64,000 nt of DNA from positions 67,642,001-67,706,000 of the forward strand of contig NC_058377.1 in the NCBI RefSeq assembly GCF_018350175.1, written 5' to 3'. This document shows, in pieces, positions 12,890-25,573 of this stretch. The position numbers and the translations under genes were made by a program. Below the pieces are notes generated by a model that worked only from the letters and a program-made list of their open reading frames with translations, was not told the origin of the DNA and searched no databases. How positions within the stretch are numbered: the stretch's first letter is position 1; every line of letters begins with the position of its first letter. The DNA is from Felis catus (Eukaryota).

Positions 12890-13629
12890 TTTTTTTTTTT
12901 TTTAAGGAGTCAAAATGCTCCTATGTTCTGGTGCTCACCCATAGGGGGAGCACTACAGTCAGCTCTTCTGAGGCCCTACTTTCCAGCTCCTGCCTCTCCC
13001 AGAATGTAAGGGTTTCTGGATGGAATTTGGGGCCTGAGTTACTCAGGCTGAGTCAGTTTCTGCCTCCAGCTTCAGATGTGTCACCTGTCCCTTCCTGGAA
13101 GGAATTGTTGGGTGGGAAGAAAACATCCCTTCAGTTAGAAACAAGTGCTGCTGAGATTCAAATATTCACCTCCACGCTCCTACCACAACCCTAAAAGATA
13201 CAATGTCCTAGGCTTGAACCTCCAGGGGCTGGACCTGGTGGTAGTGGGGAGAGAGGGGGGGGGGTCATTGCTGGCTCTGACAATCACCTGCTGTGTGACT
13301 GGGGGCACCACCTTTCAGGCCCTTCTGCCTTAGTGTCCTTACCTGTCTGGGAAATGCCAGAAGCAGGAAGGGAGGGGCTGTTCATACCTAGTTTTGTTTA
13401 GGACAGGTATATTCAAAGAAACGGGGGTACAGCAGGTGGCTCTACTTCTTGTCCAGGCAAACTTCTGCCCACTTCTACACACAAGGGCATGCACACAGAC
13501 AAGTGCACATACAGTCAGACGCTGCCCCTGTGGGACTTCCCGAAGGTGTGGGTCCCCAGAATGTTATACAGGTTATAATTTAAGATAAAGGAGGGGCAGG
13601 AAGTAGCTTTTACGGGGTCCCACCATGGG

Positions 13630-13800
13630 GCAGACACTATGCTGTGCAGTTTTTCCATGTCACCTTATTTAACCCTCACAGAATTCTATGCAGGGATTCA
13701 GAGAAGCTAAGCCACTTGCCCAAGGTCACTCAGTAAGTAAGTGGTACAGCAGGACTTGAACCTTGGGGAGGTCTGGCTCCCAATGCTAGGCTCGTTCTGT
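13630..13800 (-). mobile_element. MIR
   Basis: 'gagaagctaagccacttgcccaaggtcactcag' is the antisense MIR core. Confidence 0.6.
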
Positions 13801-14200
13801 CCCGCACTTCCTCTGACACAGGACCACCCCTACTATGCACCCTGTCCAATATCCTCCAGTCTGGGCTGCAATCCAGCTCGTCCTATCTGACTTGCTAAGA
13901 GCTCCCTGGCACAGGCTTCAAATCCCACTCTCCTTCCTGAAGTCTGTTTCTTTGATTCCTACCACCCTTCCTTTTCAACCCCGCCTAGGATGCAAGGTCT
14001 CACCAGCAAAATCTCCTTTCAGCCGACTGTCCAGTATCAGTTCTGATCCACTGGTGACTTCTCATACTTTTCAGACGTCTCAGACAAAGCATTCACTTCC
14101 CCATTTCCAGCTGCAGTTCTCCCACTTAGTACAGGATCACACTGAGAGCTGTCCTGTCTTCAGCTGGAGGAAGCTGGTACTTCCAGCTCCCATGGGATGG

Positions 14201-14340
14201 CCCCTCCAACCCGGGCGCAGATAGAGTCTGAGATGGTTGGCTGCCACATGGGTGAGTTCTCTATCACCTACAAGCCTGTGAAGCACCACTGGACCAGCTT
14301 TGGGGCCACCTGCTTCTCCTGCTTCATCCCTCTCAAGTAG
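14201..14340 (+). pseudogene. RPS15: 5'-truncated RPS15 (40S ribosomal protein uS19) retrocopy fragment
   Basis: 14221-14340 translates [39 protein letters not shown], against the RPS15 C-terminus [39 protein letters not shown]: 25/39 identical with the stop in the same position. Nucleotide similarity extends to about 14201 with a 1-nt frameshift; the N-terminal 100 or so codons are absent. Confidence 0.9.
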
Positions 14341-14373
14341 CCTGCTTGGCCAGTAAGGGGACAGGCTTCTCTG

Positions 14374-14403
14374 AATGGGTGGATGGATGGATGGATGGAT
14401 GAT
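14374..14403. repeat. (GGAT)n microsatellite
   Basis: Read directly. Confidence 0.85.
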
Positions 14404-14689
14404 AAATGACCTTAGAACTATACCCTCATTCCCATCTCTGGGCCCTTGATTTTGCTTTTCCTGATTCCCTACATTTGTCTCTGACTTTGGGTGAGAGAGT
14501 AACACTTCTTCTGCTCTCAGTCCTTTCTAGAGACTTCCAAATGAGGACTCTGGCCACTAGTCCATGATTTTGTCTCTTAGGCCATGGAAAGAACTTGTCA
14601 ATAAGTCAGTGATTGACACTCTCCCTGCATGCCTTGTGGTCTCTTTCTGCCCAGCCTGTGCAATTGCAGAGGACAGGGCTGTGAGGACG

Positions 14690-15088
14690 TAACCCAGGCC
14701 ACTGATGCCCTACCTATCTCCTCTTAGCGTTCGCCACCTCACACCGATGGCTCCCTCTTCAATGTCTGCAATTCTCTGCCAGAGGGAGTGGCTGGACGTA
14801 CTGCAGAGCAGACACTCCTGGGAGGATCCCTGGGCCAATTAGGGACGGCAGTTGGAGGAGAGACACCCAGCTCTCTTGTCACTCAGATGGCACAGCTCAG
14901 AGACGTAGTCTACACTATCAGATGTCCCCTGTGAGATTACCCTCAATTCCCAGCTCATGCCCCCACCTGAGTTGACGCTCTTCCTGTTCCTGTCTCACTC
15001 CTCACTCCCCTGAAAGTACTTCCTGTACAAATTGCTGGGACCCAAATCCTTCTTGGGGTCTGCTTCTGGGGACACCCAACCTAAGACA
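14690..15088 (+). mobile_element. ERVL solo LTR, LTR16-like
   Basis: 3' terminus 'ggggtctgcttctggggacacccaacctaagaca' and 'ttcctgtctcactcctcactcccct' match the recalled LTR16 end. Confidence 0.7.
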
Positions 15089-16590
15089 GGGTCCTAAAGC
15101 TGAAGTACTTGGTGACTCTGGCTTCCACACAGCTCTTTCAAAGGGGTCACAGCCACCAAATTCCCACAAAAGTTTCAGGACTGAGTCAGTGCATATACCA
15201 AAGCTCCAGCAAGGACAGGAGTAAAAAAAAAAAAAAAAAAAATGTTTAACATAGTCATCTTTAATGGAAGCAAGTTATGGAGCTAATAATACTGATATTT
15301 TCAATGGACCGAATTAAATTATGCTTCCCATCTTGTATCTTAATGAAAGGAATAAAAACTGTTTCACATTTTAATTAGCAAGCATGTCTTGAAAAGACTT
15401 AAATTAATATGGGAGTCATCACCATAGGAAAGCAGCCCTCTGCCAAGATTCATGAGGCCAGAGAGAGCATGGAGAACAGAATGGGGTTCTCGTCGTGGAT
15501 AAGCGCAGCCGCGGCTGGAACTCAGAAACCTTGGCTCTTTGAATTTTCTGAAGGGATAAAAGCAGGAGTCTGGTGTGTAGCTGGGAGGCATGACCATTTT
15601 CTTTTCTAGAAAGGGCCACCTTCCACATCTTTTCTAAGGCATTTGAACACTAGACCTAGAAAATGTGAGTGTAACAATGATCCTTTTTATAATGACTCTG
15701 CCTTGGCTGCCTTCTTGCTTGAGAGTTCTTAGAGGTTCTGGAAGCCTTGTTGGTAGAGAATGGGAACAACAGGGGCTCTACCCCTGGAGCTAGCCTGGCA
15801 AGTGCCTTGAATAAATGTCCTGTGCAGTTTGGGAGAGGAGTCAGGCTCCAATGGCTGTGTGTTTCCCCTGGTTTGGGGCAAGGCATGCTGTCTACCATCA
15901 GGTGTGTGAAGTCCTACAGCAGGCATGTCTGCACATTGGTTTCTTTTTTTAGTTTTACTTGAAAAAAAAAAATTCACAAGTAATACAACTTGTTTAAAAC
16001 ATTGAGAATACATGAAACGAAGAGGAAAATTCAACCCCAAAAGCATCATCCCAGCATCCGCATCCAGAGATAATCACTGATGACATTTTGATGTGGTTTC
16101 TCTGCCTGTTGGCACCTCCTGGCTAACGTTTCTGAGGCCACTGGGGAATGAGGGACGGGAGGATGGAGGACGGTGCTCCCCTTCTCCTTCTACACCCCCG
16201 CTCCAGTCCCCACAGTACCCTTCTCACCACCTGCCACCTCTCCCGTTAGTTGTTCCAGTGTTGGGTTGTCCTCACCTCATTCCTACCATGAGCTGCCTGG
16301 TTCCCCCTCCTCCATGTCCCTCGGGACGCTTAACCCAAGTCTACTGTACAATGACCTGGGTTAAAGGGTTTATGTAAAATGGGGTTTCAAGATGGAAAAG
16401 GTTAGATGAGATGTCATTACTCCTCCCTTGAGGACTCTTCACTGCCTCTCTCTGCTTGGTCCAAGGTCCTGCCAGCAGACTGCTTGGCCCCCTCTCTCCC
16501 AAATGCCTCTCCTATCTCCTCTCCTCTTGGTTGTCTCAGTTTGCCAAACCCCTTACTTGAGTTGCCAAAGGACCAATCTGAAGCTTCTTA

Positions 16591-16786
16591 TTCTCTTTTC
16601 TTTTTAAGTTTATTTATTTCTGTTGAGAGAAAGAGAGAAAGCACTAATGGGGGAGGGACAGAGAGAGAGAATCCCAAGCAGGCTCCACACTGTGGGTGCA
16701 GAGCCCAACATGGGGCTCGAGCTCAAGAAACCAAGAGCCCACATCAAGAGTCGGCCGCCCAACAGACTGGGCCACCCAGGAGCCCC
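16591..16786 (-). mobile_element. Can-SINE (older, internally deleted)
   Basis: Antisense head 'gggccacccaggagcccc', GA-rich segment, T tail. Confidence 0.9.
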
Positions 16787-18978
16787 ACCCTCAAGTTTCT
16801 GCTACTTTGTTGTGCTAGGTTCTTTTGTTCCTATTTTGTCGCTATCTCTTCCATATAGACCAGCTCAAAGCCTTACCTTTCATAGACAAGAGACCACAGA
16901 TTTTCTAAATCCAATAGCCAACTACTTTTGAGTTTTATTTTATTTTCTCCTTCTGCCGAAATAAAAGTCTTTAATGTTGTTTGATTTTTTTTTTTAAACT
17001 AAATTGAGGGTGGGAGAGTGGCATGTGTGCACAGGCTTAACCATATCTTTAGACTTAATTCTTAGAAGTGAAAACCTTGCTCAGGAACCATGAAGAATGT
17101 CAAGGCTTTTGACACATTCTGCCGAACTGCCATGCCCAGAAGGGTGCCATCTACTATCCCTCCGGCACTCCCCTGTGAGGGTCCATTTTCCACTAGCCTG
17201 GCCAGCTTTGGATGATATAATTTGGAGGGGGGAAAGAATGAGCCGTTTTGATGGCTGGAAGTCATACCTGCATGCTGATGGGATTTCCAAAGCAGTCTCT
17301 GAGCTGTGTGTGGGCAGAGCCCGGGAGGCAGGAGCCCCCCGTGGAAAGCCACATGTCACCTATTTGACATCAAACTTCCAAATGGAATCTTAAGTTCTGC
17401 ACAGCCATTTATCAAAGAGTTTCCAAATGTCACTTTCCAATTTGCATCAGACCTTTTCTACATATTGATGTGATTCTGTAACTAATGTATGTATTTTTGC
17501 TGCTCTACCTAAATTTGCATTTGAAACTCTAATGAGGCCAGAGGGTGAGCCAACTCCCTGGGGGAAAAGCGTGCGATGCTTCCCCCTGTGGTCCGTGAGG
17601 ATGTCCTCAAAGAAGTCACAGAAATGTCAGAATCGACCCAGGCAGCCCACTTGCAGTCTCTGTGACCTCTGGTGCTCAGGTTGGGCTCTGGGCCGACTTT
17701 TGACCCACGTGTCCTCTTGCCTTGGGGGAGGCCTATTCTGGTTTGCTTGCTTGTTCACCATCTAAGACGATGAGCCTGTACCAGAAGGGTTGGGCCCCCT
17801 GCCTTGCCCAGGGGTTTTACCAGTGGGGGCTCCGGGGTCCAGAACTAAGTTAGAAGCTTCTGCAGCAGAGGGAACTCAGGGCAGGGAGAGTGAGATGGCC
17901 ACTCCAAATCTGAATTCTTTGGGAAAACTTGTCCCAACGTCTGATACTTCTGCGGCATTGTCCAGGGGCCTGCAACAAGTACCTTTGGGCATCACTGCCC
18001 AGGGCAGGGCCTCAGCTCTGAGCCCACAGGGTTTGCACTCCAAAGAAGCTTGTGGAGGGTTTACTGCTACTCATTCTGTCACCCTCTGCTCTCTCCTCCC
18101 TTTCCCAGGCCTGAGCTTTGAAGACAAGATGTTATCTTGAAGGCTTGTTTGGAGGTTTTGGAGGGGAGCATCTGACCCTCTGTCAACTGAATCCCAGTGT
18201 GGAAGGCCTGACCTTTCTAGGTGAGCATGGGACTCCCTGGTTAGTGTCAGGTTACCTCAGGCCCTTTAAACCAGCCTCCGGTCTCCCCCGGGGCATGCAC
18301 TGAGGTCCCACCATCCCTTGAAAGGGAGCCACAGCCCCCAGCACAACAGTAGCAAGGCAGGTACCCTAAACTCTCCTTGCTCATCCTTGGCCTGCTTTCT
18401 CTCCAAACTCCATTTTGCTCCATTCTGAATCCTTGGCTTCACACCCACATTTCGATTCTGTGTCTTGAGACTTTGGACTTGGTGTCTATGCTTTGTCTTC
18501 CAGGTATCTGGATCTCAGCTTTCTCTGGGACTCATGCACCAGGCTCTCTGCTTTTCAGCCTCCAGGATGCTGCAGGTAGGAGTTCCTGTCTGTGTTCAGC
18601 CCTGGCCCCTGACCTAGGCCCCTCAGCCAGGGCCCCTGTGGGTCAAGGGCAGGCTCTCTTTCCCTCAAGTGCAAGTAGTATGGGGAGGAGAAAATAAAGG
18701 GGACCCTTGAGCTCTGTATCAGAGAAGCCGAACCCAGCCCGGGACGGTGGGGTGACAGCTAGCCAGCCCCCTACATCCATTCTTTCAAATGTATGGTCAA
18801 TTCATAAAGATGGGCCAGGTGAGTACATCTCTCCCTTCCCCGCACACACCTGTCAGACCACACTACTGCTGCAGGGAGCCACATAAATCTTTGGAACTGC
18901 TGGACTTCAGGCCCTGGGCCTGTTTCTGCCTGCCCCAGCCCTGCTTAGCAGCGGGCACCAAACCACTTAACCAGGAAC

Positions 18979-19947
18979 TTTTTTTTTTAAGTTTTTCTTT
19001 AAATTCCAGTTCGTTAACATACAGGGTAATATTAGTTTCAGGTGTACAATACAGTGATTTAACACTTCCGTACATCACCCCGTGCTCGTCACAAGTGCAC
19101 TCCTTAATCCCCATCACCTGTTTCACCCTTCACCGCCCCCCCCCCCCACTCTCCTCTGGTGACCATCAGTTTGTTCTCTATAGTTGAGTCTGTTTCTTGG
19201 TTTGCCTCTCTCTCTCTCTTTCTTTTTTCCCCCTTGCTTGTTGGCTTTGTTTCCTAAATTCCACATATGAGTGAAGTCATGTGGTATTTGTCTTTCTCTG
19301 ATTTATTTCACTTAGTATTATACTCTGTAGCTCCATCCACGTCATTGCAAATGGCAAGATTTCATTACATATTTTTTTTAACATTTATTCATTTTTGAGA
19401 GACAGAATGCTAGTGGGGGAGGAGCAGGGAGCGAGGGAGACACAGAATCCGAAGCAGGCTCCAGGCTCTGAGCTGTCAGCACAGAACCCGACGCGGGGCT
19501 CAAACTCACCAACTGTGAGATCGTGACCTGAGCTGAAGTCGGATGCTTAACCTACTGAGCCACCCAGGCACCCCAAGATTTCATTCTTTTTTATGGCTGA
19601 GTAATTTTCTATTGTATGTATATACCACATCCTGTTTATCCATTCATCAGTCGATGGACACTTGGCCTTTCTCTATAGTTTGGCTAAGGTAGATAATGCT
19701 GCTATGAACATTGGGGTGCATATATCCCTTTGAATTAGCTTTTTGTGTTATTTGGGTAAATACCTAGTAGTGCAATTACTGGATCATAGGTAGTTTTTAA
19801 CTTTTTGAGGAACCTCCATACTGCTCTCCAGAGTGGCTGCACCGGTTTGCATTCCCACCAACAGGGCAAGAAAGTTCCCCTTTCTCCACATCCTCGCCAA
19901 CAACTGTTGTTTCTCGTGTTGTTAATTTTAGTCATTCTGACAGGCAT
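18979..19947 (-). mobile_element. Carnivore L1 3' fragment interrupted by a SINE
   Basis: Minus frame VRMTKINNTRNNSCWRGCGERGTFLPCWWECKPVQPLWRAVWRFLKKLK is a decayed L1 ORF2 C-terminal region; L1 3' UTR and T tail at 18979. Confidence 0.9.
19367..19573 (-). mobile_element. Can-SINE nested in L1
   Basis: Perfect 12-bp TSD caagatttcatt at 19355-19366 and 19574-19585. Confidence 0.97.
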
Positions 19948-20158
19948 CGTGAAGAACTTCACTTGCATGGGGACCAGGAAGGCATGAAGCCCCAGCCACT
20001 CCCTCAAGTCAAGAGAGGAGTTTTGGGGCTTCTACGGTCAGCCTGTGCATGCTGGGGAGAGACTCTGCTCTCCTCAGGCCCAGGCCCAGCCTCAGCCTGC
20101 AGTCACAGGACTGCAGGCATTTCCTGGTTTCTCCCAGAGTCTTAGCAGGAATGGAGCC

Positions 20159-20475
20159 TGTAGTTTGCTAGGGCCGCTGTGACAAATTACTACAAACTGG
20201 CTGGCTTAAGACAACAGAAATAATTCTCTCACAGTCCTGAAGGCCTGAAGTCCAAAATCAAGACATTGGCAGAGCTGGTTCCTTCTGGAGGCTCTAAGGG
20301 ACATGGATGTCTCTTGTCCTCACTTCTGGTAGCTGCTGGCAGTCCATGGTGCCCAGTGCCTTGTGAGCAACACTGCTTCAATCTCTGTCTCTGCCATCAC
20401 CTCACCTTCTGTGGGTCTCAGCTCCCCTTCTCGTGTAAGGACACTGGTCATTGGATTCAGGGTCCGCCCTGGTAG
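20159..20475 (-). mobile_element. MaLR LTR (MLT1-type)
   Basis: 'tagtttgctagggccgctgtgacaaattactacaaactggctggcttaagacaacagaaa' is the antisense MLT1 3' end. Confidence 0.75.
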
Positions 20476-21774
20476 TCTAGCCAACTATAGAACCGTACCC
20501 TGAACCCCAGCTGACATGACTGGATTCTATCCCTGTGCAGCTTCCCCAGAAACTAAGCTTTTTCCTGGGACCCTTGCTGATTCCCTGCTGTTGCCCACGA
20601 GCCTGTATCTGAGCTCCTCCAGCAGCGCTCTCCCAACTTGTTCACTGAATTCTTTGATCCACCCAGAATGTCAGAATTAAACCAGGGTTCCCCATACCCC
20701 ATGAGACACAGAACAATGGATTCTGGACCATCCAAACCAGGACAAGGCAGTGGCTCAGGGGAAAGGGCGTGGGCTTTGGTGTGAGACGAAGCTTGGTTCT
20801 CGGCTCCAACACTCACTCCCCGTACAAGGAGCAGGGTGGTGGAGGGGGTATTGATACTCACTGCCGAGTTTAATTAAGCTGGAGTCTACTTTGGATGATG
20901 AGTATCACACCAGGCAATATTCAGTCTCCCCTACTCCAAAGCGAAACTCAGGACTAAGAAATCTTACCATTTTTCTGCCAGTCACGATACGGATCTCTGT
21001 GATGGGTGAGCTTGGTTTAAATACCTCACAGTTGACAATGAATATGCAAACAGATGTTAATTAAGGCCTTTGCTCCTCTTCCTGCCTCACTTTGAATATT
21101 CAGCCACAGTTAGTGGTGTTGGTATATCGCTCAGTGCCCAACCCTGAGCACCGACTGGCCTGTCCTCAGGTTGCCCTCCCCAACCTCCCAGGATTGTTCA
21201 GGGCTTGAATCATGTAGACCTGACCTGAAGAAACCTTTCTCTACTGGCGAGCAAGCACCCGCTCACACAGCCCTCTGATTAATTAACCGAGTCGTGGTTG
21301 AGGGCCTTTTTGTGGATGGGTGGAGGAGAACATGTAGCCCTGTAAACATGCTTAATTAGGCTGGATGAATTACTGGACTCCTTAGCAACGGACTGGGCCT
21401 CAAAGCCAGCCTTGTGGCATATTTGCACAATGTGCTCTGTGTTTGCATGTTTGAAACGGGATCGGTCTATCTGGGGGATGCCTGTGTGTCTGGTATTCAA
21501 CATTTTTTCTTGGCACAGATTAGGGGGGAGCTCAGAGGAACGTGGCCCTCCCCAGGACTCTCCTCAGAGACGAGCTATGATTCTACTATTCAGGGAGCAT
21601 GGCCAGCTGCTGCCAAGCAGGAGAAACAAGATGTGCATGTAGTTGTAGTGTTAGTCAGAAGTGATATGTGAAATATTTAATAATAGGGGTAGCACAGGTT
21701 CCAACCAATCAGAGCCGACAGCAGCCCTGAATGACAGAGTTGTTCTAGTGTGTACTAGCTGAGTACCAGCCGTG

Positions 21775-21950
21775 GAAAACGTTAGAGTTTACAAAGAGTT
21801 TCACATATATTTACCCTGTTTGACTGTAGCCACAACCACGTGAGATGGGTTTGGCTACTTTCCCAATTATAGCGATGGGGAAACTGAGGTTCAGAGAGGC
21901 TATGTGTCTTTCCTCAAAGCCACATAGCTAATGCCATAGCTAGAAGACAA
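21775..21950 (-). mobile_element. MIR
   Basis: 'gatggggaaactgaggttcagagagg' antisense core. Confidence 0.65.
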
Positions 21951-24059
21951 GCACTGTCCTTGTTTCTACTGCCATGTCATTTGGCTGTGCCTACACAGAT
22001 TCTGGGGCTCCACCAGGTCCAGGAAGATCTAGAGAAAACCCCCAGCTGTGGCCAAGGTGAGAGTGAGGGCAGGAGAGGGGCCCACAGTGTTCTGGGATTT
22101 GTAGTCAATCAGGGTGGAGCCAAGAGGCAAGAATGGGCCTTTTTGTGTCCTCTGCTTGCAAAGCTCTATGACCCTAGGGAGGCTCCGAGGAAGAGAAGAG
22201 GGTACAGAGCAAACATAGAAGCATTCCTGGAAGGCAAGGGCACACTATTTATCCGGAAAGTGATCCCTGGATGCCAGGAGGAAGTGGGGAAAGTTAGATA
22301 CAGAAGGCAAAGAGCTAATTAACGAGTCACCATTGTGGGCATTCCCCTGGGGGCCTTCCAAAAACCATGTGGCCCTTGCCTCAGAATTGTGCCAGTGGAG
22401 AACGAGGAGGTGGGGCACTTTTCTACCCTCTGCCACCCCCCAGCCCCTCGCATGAACTTCACTGCACTTCATGGTTGTGCCGGGCCACTAAGAGAAGTCA
22501 GACAGGCAGAGACAAGAGACTGGGCGCAGGGGGTGAGGCCTGAGGACTGTCTTCACAACTGCCAGTGAACTTGGGCTGCTGGAGGGATATGGGATGGGGC
22601 AGCCACAGATCCCCTAGGGGGCCAGAAAACAGGCTTTTTCCCGTTGTGGGCTGGTTTTCTCCATGGGAGGCATGGAGGCCTGGATGTTTCAGTCCCATGC
22701 CCAGGACAACACCTGATCTTCTGGGAAACTCTGAAGAACGTGCCCCTCGACTCTCCAGCTGTGGAGTCTTACTGTCTGGACTTCCATCTCCCAATCCTCT
22801 AACTTATTTGAGAAGCTTCTGGAGCCTTCACAGTTTGGGGAGCCTTGCTTGTGGCTCTGGTGGGAAGTGCCACATGCCCCGAGGCTGACAGTTTCCCCTC
22901 CTCCACGTCCTTACCCTCACACCAATCTGTAGCTGGCATCTCTACCCTGCCAGAGGGCCTGCTGAGGACATGTGACAGATATAGAACGTTTTAATTTCGG
23001 ATGCCATTGATCTAGAGCACGTTAATAAATGGCACCTGTCAGTCCAAATGTTGTTTGCCATTTGTCTTGTCTTATCTGAGCACTGACTGCATCTAGATAG
23101 GAGCCGTGGCAGTCTTTGGGGACCGATTGTCACACAGCTGCTCCCCCCACCCTCCTGCCCCAGCGTCAAGAAGACTTGTCCCTCCAGCCTATGAATAACA
23201 AGGGCAGTGCCTCTGAGGTTGGCTTAGGGGCCAAGGATAGGAGAAAGTATCAGCAAATTGCTTGGAGTGGCTAAGAGAAGAGTGTCTTCACCTCCACTAC
23301 GAGGGCTAGTCTTCCATTTTGGCGGTGAGTTGAAGAGAGACTGGATTGTTACCTGCTTACGGACCTCCACCGGCAGCTTCATTTATGTAACAAGTATGGG
23401 CGGGGGTTCATTATGGGAGCTTGTAGCTTGGCCCTATCTAGCCATATGGACACAGGCATGTTGATTGCCCTCTCGTTTCTTTCATCACATCACCTAGGAA
23501 AGAAGCATGGAGGTCTCTACCTGGTGCCATTTCATTGGGCTGCTGACAGCACTAAGTCAGGACAGCACTAAGAAAAGTAGAAGGAACTGTGGAGATGCAC
23601 TTCATTTATATCAAGGTGGATGAGTCAAAGCCAAGAACACCTGTACCCATATGGGATGGGTGAGGCTGGGCATGGTGACTCACCGATAGCTTTGGGAGAG
23701 AATCAGTGATGTTAACCCATCTGGATAAAGACAGAATGTGCCAGCAGAAGGGAAGGGGTCCAACACAGAAAGCGGGCTTCAGAGAGGAGGGGTGGTAGTC
23801 TAGCCCCAGCTCTGTCCTGGAGACAGGTCTGTTTTGGGGTGAGGACAATTCGTGGATCTTAGTGGAAATAATTCTCTCTGCCTCCTAATATTCCTCTTGT
23901 CGTATTCAGACACAACAAGCAAGCCTCTGAAGAATGTTTTGGTCTCCTCAATGCTCTAAAAGAGTATCCTGGTATGGTGGGCGTCAGCTGGATTTTCCAA
24001 GGAGCATTGTGGCGCCCTATTTCCCTCTTTTTCATCCACCAGCTCTTGGCATAAGGATG

Positions 24060-24510
24060 AAACGCCCCCAGATCCCCAGGTGATGTAGCCTTCAGGCAAT
24101 CAGAACATAATGTTCCTGTCCTGGCCACAAGGGATGAATTCAGTGATGGCTACATGACCTAATGAGAACCCAGGTGATGCAGTGAGATGCTTACGGGGGC
24201 TTCCAGAAGAGAATCCTTATTCCTGCCAGCTAGACTGGAAGCTGAGAGGATGGGGTCCTGGAGGGCAGGAAGCTATCTTGCAACAATATGGAGCCAAAGA
24301 TGGAAGTCCACGTGGTGCAAAACAGAACCCAAAAAAGGAAGAAATTGAGTCCCAGTGATACCATTTGAGCCCTGAATCCAGCAGGGCCTGGAGTTGGACC
24401 TACCTCTGGAACTTTCAGCCTTGAAAACAAATAAAGTTCTTTCGTGCTTAAGTCATTTTGAGTTAGAATTTCTATCTCTTGCAACCACAAGGGTATCAAG
24501 TGAAATACCT
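24060..24510 (+). mobile_element. Old MaLR LTR (MLT1J/K-like)
   Basis: 3' end 'aataaagttctttcgtgcttaagtcattttgagttagaatttctatctcttgcaacc'. Confidence 0.55.
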
Positions 24511-24932
24511 GGACGAGGGATAGTAGCATTCCAGTCGCCTTTATGAATAGTTAGGTTGCATTCTTACTTTGCATCAGTGTCTTTTAGCTGTGTTTACCCT
24601 GAAAGATTGATGATTTGGGGGTGCACTGAAAAAGTCTACATTGTGAACTTGGCTGGCTGATAACTTGGCCTGGGTTTAGCCCACCTATGAAAGACACTGA
24701 CCAAGTGACCATCTCTGTGGTCATTGTGGATGGCACCTTATTTGTTCACCAACATACCCCCATGGGCTTCCTTCCTTCACGAGGCTGACAAGGTCACAGA
24801 TGCTAGGTTACATATCATTCATTGCTTTGCTTATTGGGATGTCCTTTAATTCATTCAACAAATAAGCAAACAAGGAAATGGTGAAAAATAAGGGTAGTCT
24901 TGTTGACTGAGTCAGGAGTAATATTCAAAATA

Positions 24933-25573
24933 CAGTAAAAACTTGGTTTGTGAGCATAGCCTATTCCAGAAACATGCTTGTAATCCAAAGCACTTGTATA
25001 TCAAAGCGAATTTCCCCATAAGAAACAACAGAAAGTCAGATGATTTGCTCCACAACCCCAAAATATTCATATAAAAATGATTACAATACTGTAATATAAT
25101 ATAAAGTAATAAAAAAATATAAAATATAAAGAAAAAGAAACAAATTAGCCTGCACTTACCTTTGAAAACCTTCATGGCTGGTGTGAGGGAGACATGAGAG
25201 AAGAGGGTTATTGTGTAGGATGACTTTCACTATCGCTAACAGAATCACTGCTAGCTATTGGCTCCATGGAATCTTTTTCTTTTCGTGTAACTTTAACAAG
25301 GAACCTATCCAATGACACTTGCTTTTGCCTCCTTTTGAGGATTTCATGGAAATGTGACATTGCATTGGTAATCCTCCACAATCCCGCAGAGAGAGAGAGA
25401 GAGAGAGAACCATTGGCTCAGCTATGATCATGTGACATTCAGCATCACTGTACTACTCATATTGCAAGACATCGTTCATTTATCAAGTTGAAATTTATCA
25501 ACTTGAAATAGGAATGTTTGCTCGTCTTATGGAACACTCGCAAAACAAGTTACTTGCATCCAAGGTTGTACAG
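24933..25573. mobile_element. Non-autonomous Tc1/mariner (Tigger-type) element, 641 bp
   Basis: TA duplication at 24931-24932 and 25574-25575; imperfect terminal inverted repeats cagtaaaaacttgg ... ccaaggttgtacag; internal (GA)10. Confidence 0.8.
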
